DNA from: an uncultured delta proteobacterium
Lineage (GTDB): Bacteria > Desulfobacterota > Binatia > UBA9968
DNA length: 64,000 nt
Direction of reading: 5' to 3'
NCBI GenBank assembly: GCA_963760795.1
Contig: CAVXEP010000002.1
Span: 1 to 64,000 of the forward strand
Below, piece after piece: positions 40,320 to 51,297 of this stretch (its first letter is position 1; every line of letters begins with the position of its first letter). The position numbers and the translations under genes were made by a program. The notes below the pieces were generated by a model. The model was given only the letters and a program-made list of their open reading frames with translations. It had not been told where the DNA came from and searched no databases.

Positions 40320-40400
40320 TCACCACGAAGGACACGAAGCGCACGAAGTTCGGAATTTTATTAATCTGAACCCTTCGTGTCCTTCGTGCCTTCGTGGTGA
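40320..40400. repeat. CACGAAG/CTTCGTG 9-mer hairpin element
   Basis: TCACCACGAAGGACACGAAGCGCACGAAG-TTCGGA...AACC-CTTCGTGTCCTTCGTGCCTTCGTGGTGA. Confidence 0.85.
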
Positions 40401-40663
40401 ATTCCTTTAGTGACCCAATGTACACCGGTCACCGAGCGGCTGAACAGGTTGCCGGCTCGATGATCGATGGCGCCGGCCATTTCTCCTCGGCCAGGACGAT
40501 GACCCAAGCTGTAAAACAGACTCGTTACAAGCACAAGAGCCGGCGCAGTTGCGCGCGCCTGTCTCCGGCGCCGACCTAAGCGCGAGACGCGCTGTCGCAA
40601 CGCGATCCAGTTCCCGTCTCCTCGATTGAAGGCGCGAAAATTACATGGTAGACGAAACGGACT

Positions 40664-42733
40664 ATGTCCAAGTACCGAGTTACCGTCGACACCGGCGGCA
40701 CCTTTTCCGACTTTGTTTTCTTCAACGAAGACAGCGGCGAGATCGCCATCACCAAAGTTCCGTCGACGCCAAAAGAACCGTTTCAAGCGGTGTTGAACGG
40801 CGTCAAAGAACTGATCGACCAGGGCGTGGCCGCCGGCGATATTTCATTCTTCTGCCATGGCACCACCGTCGGCACCAATGCGCTGCTCGAAGAAAAAGGC
40901 GCCAAGACCGGCTTGATGGTCACCCAGGGCTTTCGCGGCATCTACGAAGTCATGGAGCAGACCCGCGGCTACGGCCCGGCGACTTACGATCTGTTCTTCG
41001 AGAAGCCGCGCTTGCTCGCCCCGCCCTATTTGACCGAAGAGATTCCCGAGCGCGTCGATTTCAAAGGCAACGTGCTCAAAGCGATCGACGTCGAAGCGTC
41101 GCGCGCAGCGATCCGCCGGCTCAAGAAAAAAGGCGTGCAGTCGGTGGCGGTGTGCTGTTTGTTTTCGTTTTTGAATCCCGATCATGAGCTCAAGATCAAA
41201 GAGCTGTTCGCCCAAGAATTTCCCGAAGCGCGGCTATCGCTGTCCTATGAAGTCCTGCCGCAGATTCGCGAGTTCTACCGCTTGAGCACGACGGTGATCA
41301 ACGGCTACATCCAGCCGGTCATGGCGAGCTACTTGGGCCACCTGGAAAACCGCATGCGCGAGATGGGCGTGACCACGCCCAAGCTTTACATCATGCAATC
41401 CAACGGCGGTGTTTCGACCTTCAAAGGCTCGGCGGAAAAGCCGGTGGCGACGGTGCTTTCCGGCCCCGCCGGCGGCGTCATCGCGTCCATGGGTACTTGC
41501 GAGCGGGTCGGCATCGACAACATCATCACCTTCGACATGGGCGGCACCAGCTGCGATGTCGCGCTGATCCACGAAGGCAATCCGGTGATCACCACGCAAG
41601 GTAAAATTAACCTGCGCCCCATCGCCCTGCCGATGCTCGACATCCACACAGTCAGCGCCGGCGGCGGCACCATCGCGCGCATCGACGCGGTGGGCGGCTT
41701 GCAAGTGGGGCCCGACAGCGCCGGCGCCGATCCCGGACCGGTGTGCTACGACCGCGGCGGCGAAAACATCACCGTCACCGATGCCAATATGGTCTGCGGC
41801 GTCCTCGATCCCGATCATTTCCTCGGCGGCCGCATGAAGCTCGACAAGGAGAAGGCGCAGCGCGTCCTGGAGGAAAAGTTAGCCAAGCCGTTGAAGCTCG
41901 ATCTCCTCGAAGCCGCCGACGGCGTCTTGAAAATCATCGACGCCAAGATGGAAGAAGCGATCAAAGCGGTGTCATCGGCGCGCGGCTACGACATCCGCGA
42001 CTTCACCCTGGTCGCCTTCGGCGGCGGCGGACCGATGCACGCCGGTCGCATGGCGCTGGATTTGGGCATTCCATCGGTGCTCGTGCCGCTCACCCCGGGC
42101 GTCCATTCGGCTCTGGGCTTGCTGATGTCAGACGTCAAACATGACTATGTGCGCTCCAAACTGGTGGGCCTGGAAGATTTAGATCTCACCGAGATCAACC
42201 ATATGTTTCATCAGCTGATCGAGCGCGCTAAAGCCGATCTCATGAGCGAAGGCTTCATCGACGAAGAGATCAAGATCGAGCCCTATCTCGATCTGCGCTA
42301 CGCCGGCCAGGGCTACGAGCTCACCGTTCCCTCGCCGATGCCGCCATACACCCAGCATGATCTGACCGTCATGCGCGGCCGTTTCGACACCATGCACGAG
42401 CAGAACTCCGGCCATAAAGCCGAGAGTGAACCGGTGGAGCTGGTGAGCTTGCGCTTGATCTCCCTCGGCTTGGTGCCACAGGCCAAACTGTCGCCCGGCA
42501 AAGTCACGGGACGAAAAGTTGCAGCAGCGAAACTCGGCGAACGCAAAGTTTACTTCGGCAAAGAGCATGGTGTGCACACCACCCAGGTGTACAATCGCGA
42601 CCTGTTCGAGCCCGGCCACCAAATCACCGGGCCAGCCATCGTCGAGCAATTGGACACCACGACGGTAATTCAACCTGAACAAGAAGCCGTCGTGGACGAG
42701 TATCGGAATATCATCATCCGTGAAAAGAAATGA
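40664..42733 (+). CDS. Hydantoinase/oxoprolinase A subunit (ATP-binding)
   Basis: VDTGGTFSD, HGTT..TN, SGPAGG, DMGGTS, SAGADPGP, FGGGGP.H, DLRY.GQ. Confidence 0.95.
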   Translation: MSKYRVTVDTGGTFSDFVFFNEDSGEIAITKVPSTPKEPFQAVLNGVKELIDQGVAAGDISFFCHGTTVGTNALLEEKGAKTGLMVTQGFRGIYEVMEQTRGYGPATYDLFFEKPRLLAPPYLTEEIPERVDFKGNVLKAIDVEASRAAIRRLKKKGVQSVAVCCLFSFLNPDHELKIKELFAQEFPEARLSLSYEVLPQIREFYRLSTTVINGYIQPVMASYLGHLENRMREMGVTTPKLYIMQSNGGVSTFKGSAEKPVATVLSGPAGGVIASMGTCERVGIDNIITFDMGGTSCDVALIHEGNPVITTQGKINLRPIALPMLDIHTVSAGGGTIARIDAVGGLQVGPDSAGADPGPVCYDRGGENITVTDANMVCGVLDPDHFLGGRMKLDKEKAQRVLEEKLAKPLKLDLLEAADGVLKIIDAKMEEAIKAVSSARGYDIRDFTLVAFGGGGPMHAGRMALDLGIPSVLVPLTPGVHSALGLLMSDVKHDYVRSKLVGLEDLDLTEINHMFHQLIERAKADLMSEGFIDEEIKIEPYLDLRYAGQGYELTVPSPMPPYTQHDLTVMRGRFDTMHEQNSGHKAESEPVELVSLRLISLGLVPQAKLSPGKVTGRKVAAAKLGERKVYFGKEHGVHTTQVYNRDLFEPGHQITGPAIVEQLDTTTVIQPEQEAVVDEYRNIIIREKK

Positions 42734-42744
42734 CTTTCTTAACG

Positions 42745-42830
42745 ACTGGAACCTTTGGAACGATTGGAACCGCTGGAACTGTCAGACAGAAGGTTTCCAT
42801 AGGTTCCAAGTGTTCCAGACGCTCCAATCG
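42745..42830. repeat. TGGAAC/GTTCCA 9-mer inverted arrays inside the operon
   Basis: CTGGAACCT TTGGAACGA TTGGAACCG CTGGAAC ... GTTCCAAGT GTTCCAGAC GCTCCAATCG. Confidence 0.75.
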
Positions 42831-42844
42831 GAGAACGAGGTAGC

Positions 42845-44582
42845 ATGTCAGCTGTAGATCCGGTAACCCTGCAAGTCATCCAAGCGCGTCTCGCCGGCAT
42901 CGTCCAGGAGATGCAAAACTCGCTATTTCGCACCGGCTACTCGACGATCATTCGCGAGTCCCAAGACGCCAGCTGCGCGCTGCTCAATCGCCAGGGCGAA
43001 GTGGTCGCTCAACATGTCGTCCTGCCGCTCCACATGGGCGCCTTTCCGGCCTGCGCCGCGGGGATTTTAAAAAATTATACGCCCGACGAAGTGCACGAAG
43101 GCGACGCCTTCATCACCAACCATCCCTATCTCGGCGGCAGTCCCCATGCTCCCGACATGGCGGTGTTGTCACCGATATTTTTTCACGGCGAGTGGGTCGG
43201 CTTCGCGGCCAATCTGGCGCACAAGAGCGACATCGGCGGCCCGGTGCCGGGCAGTTGCTGGAGCCAGGCGCGGGAGATTTACCAGGAAGGGTTGCATGTC
43301 CCGCCGATCAAGTTCGTGCATAAATTGCAGATCAGCAAGGACATCGAAGCCATGCTCGGCGCCAATAGCCGCACGCCGGAATTAGTCATCGGCGACCTGC
43401 GCGGCCAGGTCGGCGCGGCGCGCTTGGGCGAACGGCGCTTTCAAGAATTGATGGAGCGCTACGGCAAGGAGACGATTTTACAATCCTTCGAAGAACTTTT
43501 TGCCTTGACCGAAGCTAAGGTCCGCGCCGAGATCGCCTCCTGGCCCGATGGCGAGGGCACAGGCGAGCGCTTCGTCGACAGCGACGGCATCGAACTCGAC
43601 AAACCGGTGCGCTTGCATGTGCGCATGGAGAAGAAAGGCGACCGGCTGCTGTTCGATTTCACCGGCTAGCGCCGATCAGACCAAGGGGCCGGCGAATATC
43701 CGCCCGACCATCGTGCGCGCCGCCTGCGCCTATCTGCTCACCTGTCTGGTCGATCCAGCACTGGCGATCAACTACGGTTTAGCCCGTTGCATCGAAATCA
43801 AAGTGCGCGACGGCAGCGTGGTCAATCCAATTTTCCCGGCGCCGGTGAATACCTACAATCCCACCGTCCACGCCCTGGTCGAATCGCTCCTCGAAGCGTC
43901 GAGCCAGATTACGCCGCATAAAAAAGTCGGCGACGGCTGCAGCAGCCGCTCGATCATCATCGGCGGCCGCAGCAACAAGACCGGCAAGGGTTATGTGCAA
44001 TACGAAATCTTCGGCGGCGGCTCCGGCGGCCGCAGCGGCAAGGACGGCGTCTCCGGCACCAACGTCAATCAATCGAACGCGAAAATCGCGCCGATTGAAA
44101 TCATCGAGTCGGAATTCGCCACCCGTGTGAAACGCTTCGAGCTCATCGCCGACTCCGGCGGCCCCGGCAAGTTCCGCGGCGGTTTGGGCTTTGTCCGCGA
44201 GTATGAAGTGCTCGACAACGACGCGCGCTTTTCCCTGCGTTCGACTAAACACGATATCGCGCCCAAGGGCATCGACGGCGGCGCCGACGGCAAGACCGGC
44301 CACTGCGTTTTGAATCCCGGCCAGCCAGGCGAACGCGTGATCCCGTCGCGCTTCTCCGACCATGTGCTCCACCCCGGCGAGGTTTTTTGCCTCGACACCC
44401 CCGGTGGCGGCGGCTTAGGTAATCCCCTCGAACGCGACCCCGAGCGCGTCTTGAACGACGTGCGCAACGGCTACGTGACGCAGAAAAGAGCGCGGGAAAT
44501 TTATCGCGTCGCCATCGACAGTGCCGACAGCGATTTCATCGTCAACCAAGCCGCGACAGCGCAATTGCGCGCGCAAAACTGA
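42845..44582 (+). CDS. Hydantoinase B/oxoprolinase subunit, copy 1, frameshift near 43665
   Basis: DPVTLQVI, YSTIIRESQD, NHPY.GG.H.PD, HKSDIGG, DSGG.GKFRGG, TPGGGG.G.P. Confidence 0.92.
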
Positions 44583-44583
44583 A

Positions 44584-44655
44584 ATCGAAGATGGAGGATC
44601 GAGGATAGATGATAGCATTTCGCGATCCTCTATCATCCATCATCTATCCTCGATT
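44584..44655. repeat. 7-mer ATCCTCG-type inverted arrays
   Basis: AATCGAAGATGGAGGATCGAGGATAGATGATAG ... ATCCTCTATCATCCATCATCTATCCTCGATT; related half-element near 61355-61380. Confidence 0.75.
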
Positions 44656-44686
44656 CCATGAGTGACGCCGTAAAGCTTCGCATCCT

Positions 44687-46423
44687 ATGACCGTCGATCC
44701 CATCACCCTGCAAGTCATCCAAGCGCGCCTGGCCGGCATCGTCCAGGAGATGCAGAATGGACTGTTCCGCACCGGCTACTCGACGATCATCCGGGAATCC
44801 CAGGACGCCAGCTGCGCGGTGTTGAACACCCGCGGCGAGGTGATCGCCCAGCATGTCGTCTTGCCGCTCCACATGGGCGCCTTTCCCGCCTGTGCTTCGG
44901 CAATCCTGAAAACATTCTCCACCGACGACATTCACGACGGCGACGCCTTCATCACCAACCATCCCTACTTGGGCGGCAGCCCCCACGCTCCCGACATGGG
45001 CGTGTTCACGCCGATCTATTTTCGCGGCGAATGGGTCGGCTTCGCCGCCAACATGGCGCACAAGAGCGATATCGGCGGCACCGTACCCGGCAGCGGCAGC
45101 GGCACGGCGCGGGAGATTTACCAGGAAGGGTTGCACCTGCCGCCGGTAAAGTTCATGGCGCGGCTTCAGCCGGTCAAGGAGATCGACGCCGTGATCGCGG
45201 CCAACAGCCGCACACCGGCGCTGGTGTTGGGCGACCTGCGCGGCCAGGTGGGCGCGGCGCGATTGGGCGAGCGGCGCGTCAGCGAACTCATGGAGAGGTA
45301 CGGCAAAGCGATCATTTTGGAATCCACCGAGCTGCTTTCCGCCCACACGGAGAACCGCGTGCGCCGGGCCATCGCCGCGTGGCCGGACGGCGAATCCGCG
45401 GGCGAAAGCTTCGTCGATCACGACGGCATAGATCTGACTAAACCGATTCGCATCCATGTCAAAGTAAAAAAGACCGGCGATCGGCTGCACTTCGACTTCA
45501 GCGAATCGAGCGATCAGACTCAAGGGCCGGCAAACATCCGCCCGCCGCTGGTGCGCGCCGCCTGCGCCTATTGTCTGGTCGCCCTGGTTGACCGCTTCCT
45601 GCCGATCAATCATGGACTAGCCCGCTGCGTCGACGCGACCTTTCGCGAAGGCAGCGTCGTCGATCCGCGCTTTCCCGCCGCAGTGAATACCTACATGCCG
45701 ACGGCGCTCAGCGCCACCGAAGCGATCCTGCGCGCACTGGCGTACTTCGTCCCCGACAAACGCATCGCCGGCGGCTCCGGCAGCGCGGCGCTGGTCTTGG
45801 GCGGTCGCGACGCGCGCAGCCAGCGCGCCTACGTTCACTATGAGATTTTCAGCGGCGGCACCGGCGCCCGCGCCGGCAAGGACGGCGTATCGGCGACGGC
45901 GTTTCACCTGAGCAACTGTAAGACCGCGCCCATCGAAATCATCGAGTCCGAGTTCCCCACGCGAGTCGAGCGCTTCGAGATGCTCGCCGACTCCGGCGGC
46001 GCCGGCGAATGGCGCGGCGGCTTGGGCTTTGTCCGCGAGTATCGAATACTCGCCGACGAAGTTCGCTTCTCCATGCGCACCGACAAGCATGCCGTCGAGC
46101 CCTTCGGCAGTTCCGCCGGCCTACCCGGCGGCAAAGGCGCCTGCCGGATCAATCCAGAGACAAAAGATGTTAAGTCTCTGCCTTCCCGTTTCGGCGATCA
46201 CCGCCTCGGCCGCAATGAGATCATCCGCGTCGAACGGCCCGGCGGCGGCGGCCTGGGAAATCCGCTCGAACGCCCCGTCGAAAAAGTCCTCGAAGACCTG
46301 CGCCAGGGCTATGTCTCAGTTGCCCGCGCCCGCTCCGACTACGGCGTCGCCGCCCAGATCGTCGATGGCGAGCCCAGTCTCCACGAGGGAGAAACTACGC
46401 GTTTACGAGGAAAATTTGGTTAA
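44687..46423 (+). CDS. Hydantoinase B/oxoprolinase subunit, copy 2
   Basis: Same motifs as copy 1; clear paralog of 42845..44582. Confidence 0.94.
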   Translation: MTVDPITLQVIQARLAGIVQEMQNGLFRTGYSTIIRESQDASCAVLNTRGEVIAQHVVLPLHMGAFPACASAILKTFSTDDIHDGDAFITNHPYLGGSPHAPDMGVFTPIYFRGEWVGFAANMAHKSDIGGTVPGSGSGTAREIYQEGLHLPPVKFMARLQPVKEIDAVIAANSRTPALVLGDLRGQVGAARLGERRVSELMERYGKAIILESTELLSAHTENRVRRAIAAWPDGESAGESFVDHDGIDLTKPIRIHVKVKKTGDRLHFDFSESSDQTQGPANIRPPLVRAACAYCLVALVDRFLPINHGLARCVDATFREGSVVDPRFPAAVNTYMPTALSATEAILRALAYFVPDKRIAGGSGSAALVLGGRDARSQRAYVHYEIFSGGTGARAGKDGVSATAFHLSNCKTAPIEIIESEFPTRVERFEMLADSGGAGEWRGGLGFVREYRILADEVRFSMRTDKHAVEPFGSSAGLPGGKGACRINPETKDVKSLPSRFGDHRLGRNEIIRVERPGGGGLGNPLERPVEKVLEDLRQGYVSVARARSDYGVAAQIVDGEPSLHEGETTRLRGKFG

Positions 46424-46494
46424 TTTGGTAGCAAAGACCCAGTGCCTCTGCTATATCTTAACGAAATAATTTATTTCCTGAAGGAGGAAAACAT

Positions 46495-46782
46495 ATGGCA
46501 GCAGCGAAAAAGAAAGTAGCGAAGAAGAAAAGAAAACCTAACGCGGCGTTCATGAAACCGGTTCAGCCGGACGTCAAACTCGCACTGGTCGTCGGCAGCA
46601 AACCGATCCCACGCACCGAGGTGACCAAGAAGCTGTGGCAGTACATCAAGAAGAACGGCCTGCAGGATAAAAAGAAACGCACCAACATCAACGCCGACGA
46701 CGCGTTGAAGGACGTGTTCGGCGGCAAGAAAACCGTCACCATGTTCGAGATGACCAAACTGGTCAGCAAACACGTCAAGTAA
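46495..46782 (+). CDS. Stand-alone SWIB/MDM2-domain protein with a lysine-rich N-terminal tail
   Basis: RKPNAAFMKP...LALVVG..PIPRTEVTKKLWQYIKKNGLQD..KRTNINADDALK.VF...VTMFEMTKLVSKH; AAGGAGG RBS. Confidence 0.93.
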   Translation: MAAAKKKVAKKKRKPNAAFMKPVQPDVKLALVVGSKPIPRTEVTKKLWQYIKKNGLQDKKKRTNINADDALKDVFGGKKTVTMFEMTKLVSKHVK

Positions 46783-46803
46783 CTTTACTTACCGAATAAT
46801 GCC

Positions 46804-46849
46804 AAGGGCCGAGAACATCGCCGAGCCGGTGTCCTTGGCCTTTGTGTTT
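46804..46849 (+). terminator. Probable intrinsic terminator of the SWIB gene
   Basis: AAGGGCCGAGAACATCG / CGGTGTCCTTGGCCTTT imperfect stem followed by a T-rich tract. Confidence 0.5.
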
Positions 46850-46983
46850 GCATCTCACGTTTGCCCGTTCACGCTATAGTTACGCGGCATCGAATGCCAG
46901 CGCATCGCGGCGGGTCCTATCTCGTATCCGGTTTTCTTGCGCACCGAATCACCTCCGCCAGGTCCCACGGATATCCCGGAGAT

Positions 46984-48013
46984 TTAGTTTTCCATAAGCG
47001 GCTTCAGCCGTTGAATGATATCGGCGGACGGCACGCCGGCTTCCTTGATGAGCGCTTCGAGCTCCTCGCCGGTCAACGGCGCAGCGTCGAGACCTTTTTT
47101 CTTCGCCTCGGCGATCAGTTCTGGATCGTTCATCATCTTGTTGAAGCCATCGCGCAAAAGTTTCAAACGATCGTTCGGCATGCCCGGCGGGCCGAAAAAC
47201 GGCCGGCCCATCTCATCGGGGATCAGCAGTATCTTCGCCAAGCGGCGGTAAATCTCGTTGGTCTTATGCTTGTCCATCAACTCCCACAAGGTCGGCACGC
47301 TCGCCATGCGCGGATCGCGCTTGGCTCCGCCCTGCACCAGCACACGGGCGAATCCGGTCTTCGACCAGGTGCGCAACGGCTCGCTGCCGAAGTACGCCTG
47401 CACCGTGCCGCTAAAGCAGTGCACCTCGCCCTTCTCGATGGCCAGATTGACATCGGCTGCTCCAGGATAACCCGGCACGATCATCAGCTTGAGCCCGAAA
47501 GTATCCTGCAACAAACGCGGGAAATAATACGCCGCGCTGCCGATCCCGGTCGACCCGCACCGCGGCGTTTCCGCCACCGTGCGCATGTCTTCCAAAGTTT
47601 TGATTCCCAAATCGGCGCGCATGTAGAAAATCCGATCGGTCTTCTCCGGCGAGCCGATAAAACTAAACTTGAACCAGTCGTACTGCACTTCCTTCTTCCC
47701 GGTCACCTGCTCGATATACATCGCCGGGCTCGACCACACCGAGCGTCAACCCATCCGGCTTGGCCACGCCATAAATGTAATTCGCCGCCACCATCGACCC
47801 GCCGCCGGTCATGTTCTGCACGACAAACGTCGGATTTCCCGGCACGAAGCGGCCGAGATGGCTAGCGATCACCCGCGCCCACACATCGAACGCACCGCCG
47901 GCGGCAAAGCCGACGCGGATCTGCACGGTTTTGCCCTGGTAGAATGGCGTCTGGGCGGACAATGTTGACACGGTAATGAAACTAATAAACAAAGCTGTGA
48001 AAACTTTCATCAT
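46984..48013 (-). CDS. Bug/TctC-like substrate-binding protein, frameshift near 47730
   Basis: PFYQGKTV..GFAAGG.FD, NMTGGGS..AANY, KPDGLT, GYPG, GRPFFGPPG. Confidence 0.87.
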
Positions 48014-48255
48014 TCAACTTCTCCCTGGTCTATTCGTATGCAGATATGGCTAAGATCAATCAAACACCATGGACGTGCAGCTGAAAATTCCGAATGGATG
48101 CGTTCAAAATCTCGATAATGAAATGATAGGTGTACACCGCCGCGCCGATTTCCGTAGTGACAAGAGACGATTTTTCAGATCGGTCTATTAATGCGGGAGA
48201 GACCAAAATTGAATTGAATTCGCCATCGAATGAATCCTTCGCTCGGCAAATCAAC

Positions 48256-50148
48256 TTAATCCAGCTGCGCCCACTCGCTGAACTCTTCCAGCCCCAATAA
48301 TTTTAATGTGTCCATGTACGGCCGGCCGGTTTTTTCGTGGCGGCCTGAGAGTTGGTAATATTCGCGGACCATTTCGGGGAGCCACTTGGCGATGGTGAAG
48401 CCTTGGTATTTGCCGTCGGGCACGGGGTCGAGGAAACGTTGGCCCACTTGCTGCCAGTCGTGATCGGCGATCCAGCCGCGCTGGGTGCCAAAAATGCTTT
48501 GCAAGATCGCGCTGCGGTGGCCGGCCAACATCGCCTCGTCGAGATCGAAATTCCATCCCGTCGTCGCGTTGAATGAATCGACGATACTCTTCAGGCCGTC
48601 CGGCTTGCCATGCATCTGGGCGAACCAGCAGCCGCCCATGATGCCGACGAACTGGCGATACTGCTCGGCGTTGACGTTGGACTGCGGCCAGCCGGTGGGA
48701 TCGTCGCGGTCGAGCGGTCCCCACTTCTCGCGATACTTCAGATCCGGCGGCGGATTGGCTTGGCCGCCGCCCTGCGGCTTCATGCCGCCGCTGGCGACGA
48801 TCTCGCGCAGCATGTTGGCGAAATGCGGCCGCCAATCGTGCATCGCCGGCACGCCGCGCTTGGTATGCACCACCCAATTGACCGCGTCGCCGCCGATCGC
48901 TTCGGCGACTTCGAGGGGACCGTCGGCGATCAAGTTGCCCCACTTGCCCTGGCGCCGCGCGGTCATCTCTAATAATTTATCGATCGCTTCGACGTTGCCC
49001 CACTCGAGACGCAGGCCGTCGCAATCCTTCTCGGTGACCAATCCTTTTTGATAAGCTTCGAACAATACGCCGGCGCCGAAAGAGAAGTGGCCGCACTCGA
49101 TGCCGAGATCGTTGATGCGCTCGGCCAAATAAAGCGTCGCGTTGCCTTTGACGCCGAGATTCCAGAAAGTATCGAGCCACTCGGCGCCGGCGTTGAAGTG
49201 GCCGACCTTGCCTTTGAACTCGCCTTCGCCGATTTCCACGTCCCACGGACAGAGCCGCGCGCATTGAAAGCAGGGGCGCTGGACGACACGATTCTGTTCG
49301 AAGCCGCGGTTGTGATCGCCGATCAGCGTGCTCTGCATGTTGTTGTTGGGCAGCGCTTCGAGATGGCGCGCATGGCCGGTACTGTAACGATCTTTGAGCG
49401 CGTACTGCTGCAGCGTCTTGCGCCAGCGCAGACCGGCTTCGACCAGGGCCGCTTTATCGCGCAGCGGCGGTCGCTTGGTGCCGTGGACGACGATGGCCTT
49501 CAACATCTTCGAACCGAAGATCGCGCCGCCGCTGTGCGACGCCGAATGATTGAAATCGTTGCACAGCATCGCCGCGTTGACTCGATGCTCGCCGGCGGGA
49601 CCGATGCCCATGACCCTGGCGTCTTTGATGCCGACCGCGGCGCGCAGCGATTCTTCGGTATCCCGCGATCCCTTGCCCCAAAATTTGCTCGCATCGCGCA
49701 GCTCAGGCTTACCGTCGTTGATGAACAGATATTGCGGCGACTTCGCCGCCCCTTGAAGAATGATGCCGTCGTATCCCGACTGTTTGAGATAAGCGGCCCA
49801 GTAACCGCTCGCCGCGCCGCGTCCGAGAGTATTGTTGGTCATTGGACTTAAGAACACCGCGCAAACTTTGGTACCGCCGGGCGTCAAGCCCGTGCCGGTC
49901 AGCGGTCCGGTCATCATCACCATCTTCGCTGCCGGGTCGTAAGGCTTCACGTCCAGCGATTGTTCACGCATGAGAATATACAGCGCCAACGCTTGGCCGC
50001 CGATGAACCGGCGCAGATCCGGCTCTTCGGGTAAATTCTCGTCGGTCAGCGCGCCGGTGGTCATATCGACGCGCAGAATCTTGCCCATGTAGCCGCCGGG
50101 AAGCGGGGTCACACGCCGCTGCGGAAAAAGATCGCTGGTGCTTGGCAT
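48256..50148 (-). CDS. Aldehyde:ferredoxin oxidoreductase (W/Mo bis-pterin AOR family)
   Basis: GYMGKILRVDM, GPLTGT, SPMT, GYDGII..G, IGPAGE, GSKMLKAI, CFQCARLC, EYYQLSG. Confidence 0.9.
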   Translation of the reverse strand: MPSTSDLFPQRRVTPLPGGYMGKILRVDMTTGALTDENLPEEPDLRRFIGGQALALYILMREQSLDVKPYDPAAKMVMMTGPLTGTGLTPGGTKVCAVFLSPMTNNTLGRGAASGYWAAYLKQSGYDGIILQGAAKSPQYLFINDGKPELRDASKFWGKGSRDTEESLRAAVGIKDARVMGIGPAGEHRVNAAMLCNDFNHSASHSGGAIFGSKMLKAIVVHGTKRPPLRDKAALVEAGLRWRKTLQQYALKDRYSTGHARHLEALPNNNMQSTLIGDHNRGFEQNRVVQRPCFQCARLCPWDVEIGEGEFKGKVGHFNAGAEWLDTFWNLGVKGNATLYLAERINDLGIECGHFSFGAGVLFEAYQKGLVTEKDCDGLRLEWGNVEAIDKLLEMTARRQGKWGNLIADGPLEVAEAIGGDAVNWVVHTKRGVPAMHDWRPHFANMLREIVASGGMKPQGGGQANPPPDLKYREKWGPLDRDDPTGWPQSNVNAEQYRQFVGIMGGCWFAQMHGKPDGLKSIVDSFNATTGWNFDLDEAMLAGHRSAILQSIFGTQRGWIADHDWQQVGQRFLDPVPDGKYQGFTIAKWLPEMVREYYQLSGRHEKTGRPYMDTLKLLGLEEFSEWAQLD

Positions 50149-50170
50149 ATTATTTCTCGTCAAATGCGCA

Positions 50171-50262
50171 GGGAGTGTTGGAGTACTGGGTATTCTCCGA
50201 ACCCACCACTCCATTACTCCATCACTCCAATCTTTCGCGGCTCCATCACTCCAGCGCTCCAT
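50171..50262. repeat. 8-mer ACTCCATC arrays; related copy at about 54266-54295
   Basis: GGAGTGTTGGAGTACTGG ... CACTCCATTACTCCATCACTCCAA ... CTCCATCACTCCAGCGCTCCA. Confidence 0.7.
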
Positions 50263-50270
50263 TCATCTCA

Positions 50271-51261
50271 TCACATCCTGAACGCTTCCTTGACGAACAA
50301 ACTCTCCAGCGGCAGCTCTTTTTTCACCAACCCCTGCTCGATCTGGTAGCGGTTGAGCGCCTGGAGCGATTTCTTATCCGCCTCGGTCAACACGCCGGCG
50401 TAGGGATCGTAACCCAACAGATCGCGCTCCTTGGCGTAGCCTTCGGCCTCTCCCGGTTTGAAATATTTCACCGCTTGGCGATTGGCTTCGCGAAACGCTT
50501 CGATCGACTTTCGCCGGCAAATCGGGATATTTTTCCGCGGTCTCCTCGCGGATCGCCATGATATGGATGATCGGATAGATCTGTGTCCGTTTAACATAAC
50601 GGATGATTTCTTCGGTGTCGTCGAATAACGGTTTGACGCCGGGGAACTGCCCCATCACACCGGGCAGCGACCCGCCGCCGAACAAACCCGTGTAACCCGA
50701 GTCGCCGGCAACCAACGCCGCGCCGAGCTTGCCCTCGCTCAACAACCGCGACAAATGCGACTTCTCCTGGCCGAAAGGCGGCGGCGGGTCGAGGCGCTCG
50801 ACTTTTACCGGCAGCTCGTTGGCGATGTAAACTTCTTGGCCCGACACGAACCAGTCGACATCCGTGGTCTTGATGTCATGCTCGTCGAGCAAGTAGCCGC
50901 GCGCCCACGACACCGCCGTGGCGCCGTAGCGAAACGCGCCAACCTGCTTGCCTTTAAGTTCGCTCGGATGATTCACTTTGCCGGCGCAGTGAAAAATATT
51001 TCGCTGCCGCGGCCCGCGCTGGAAAAACACCGGCAACGCCAAGAAACGCTTGCCCTTTTCTTTGGCGCGCATCAATGTCGCAGTCGACATTTCGGCAAGA
51101 TCGAATTCGCCCTGGACGAATCGATAATGCATCTCCCCCGGCGTGTATTTGTCGCCGACGTATTCGAAATCATAACCGTCCAGCGGAATCAGTCCGTCGA
51201 TGAGCGCGCGATTGCGCGGATTCGGATTAGTCGCGAAAGTGATTTTTGGTTTGTTCGCCAT
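50271..51261 (-). CDS. 4,5-dihydroxyphthalate decarboxylase-like PBP-fold protein, frameshift near 50510
   Basis: RALIDG, EFDLAEMS, ALPVF..R, LKGKQVG..Y..TA.SWARG.L, IYPIIH, DPY, Y..EQGL. Confidence 0.75.
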
Positions 51262-51297
51262 GTTCGTTATCCTTCTGAATTGCGACATATTTCTGTT

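Noticed and set aside
42845-45260. High nucleotide similarity between the two hydantoinase B 5' ends as an assembly duplication
   Set aside because: Many synonymous and amino-acid differences along the whole length indicate real paralogs.
48060-48254. 64-aa ORF in an AT-richer spacer between AOR and Bug
   Set aside because: No RBS or recognisable motif; could be a remnant or non-coding.
50149-50262. N-terminal extensions of ORF calls (AOR from 50262, 51510, 31734, 30281, 57507)
   Set aside because: The extensions merely translate intergenic repeat elements; downstream ATGs fit the family N-termini.
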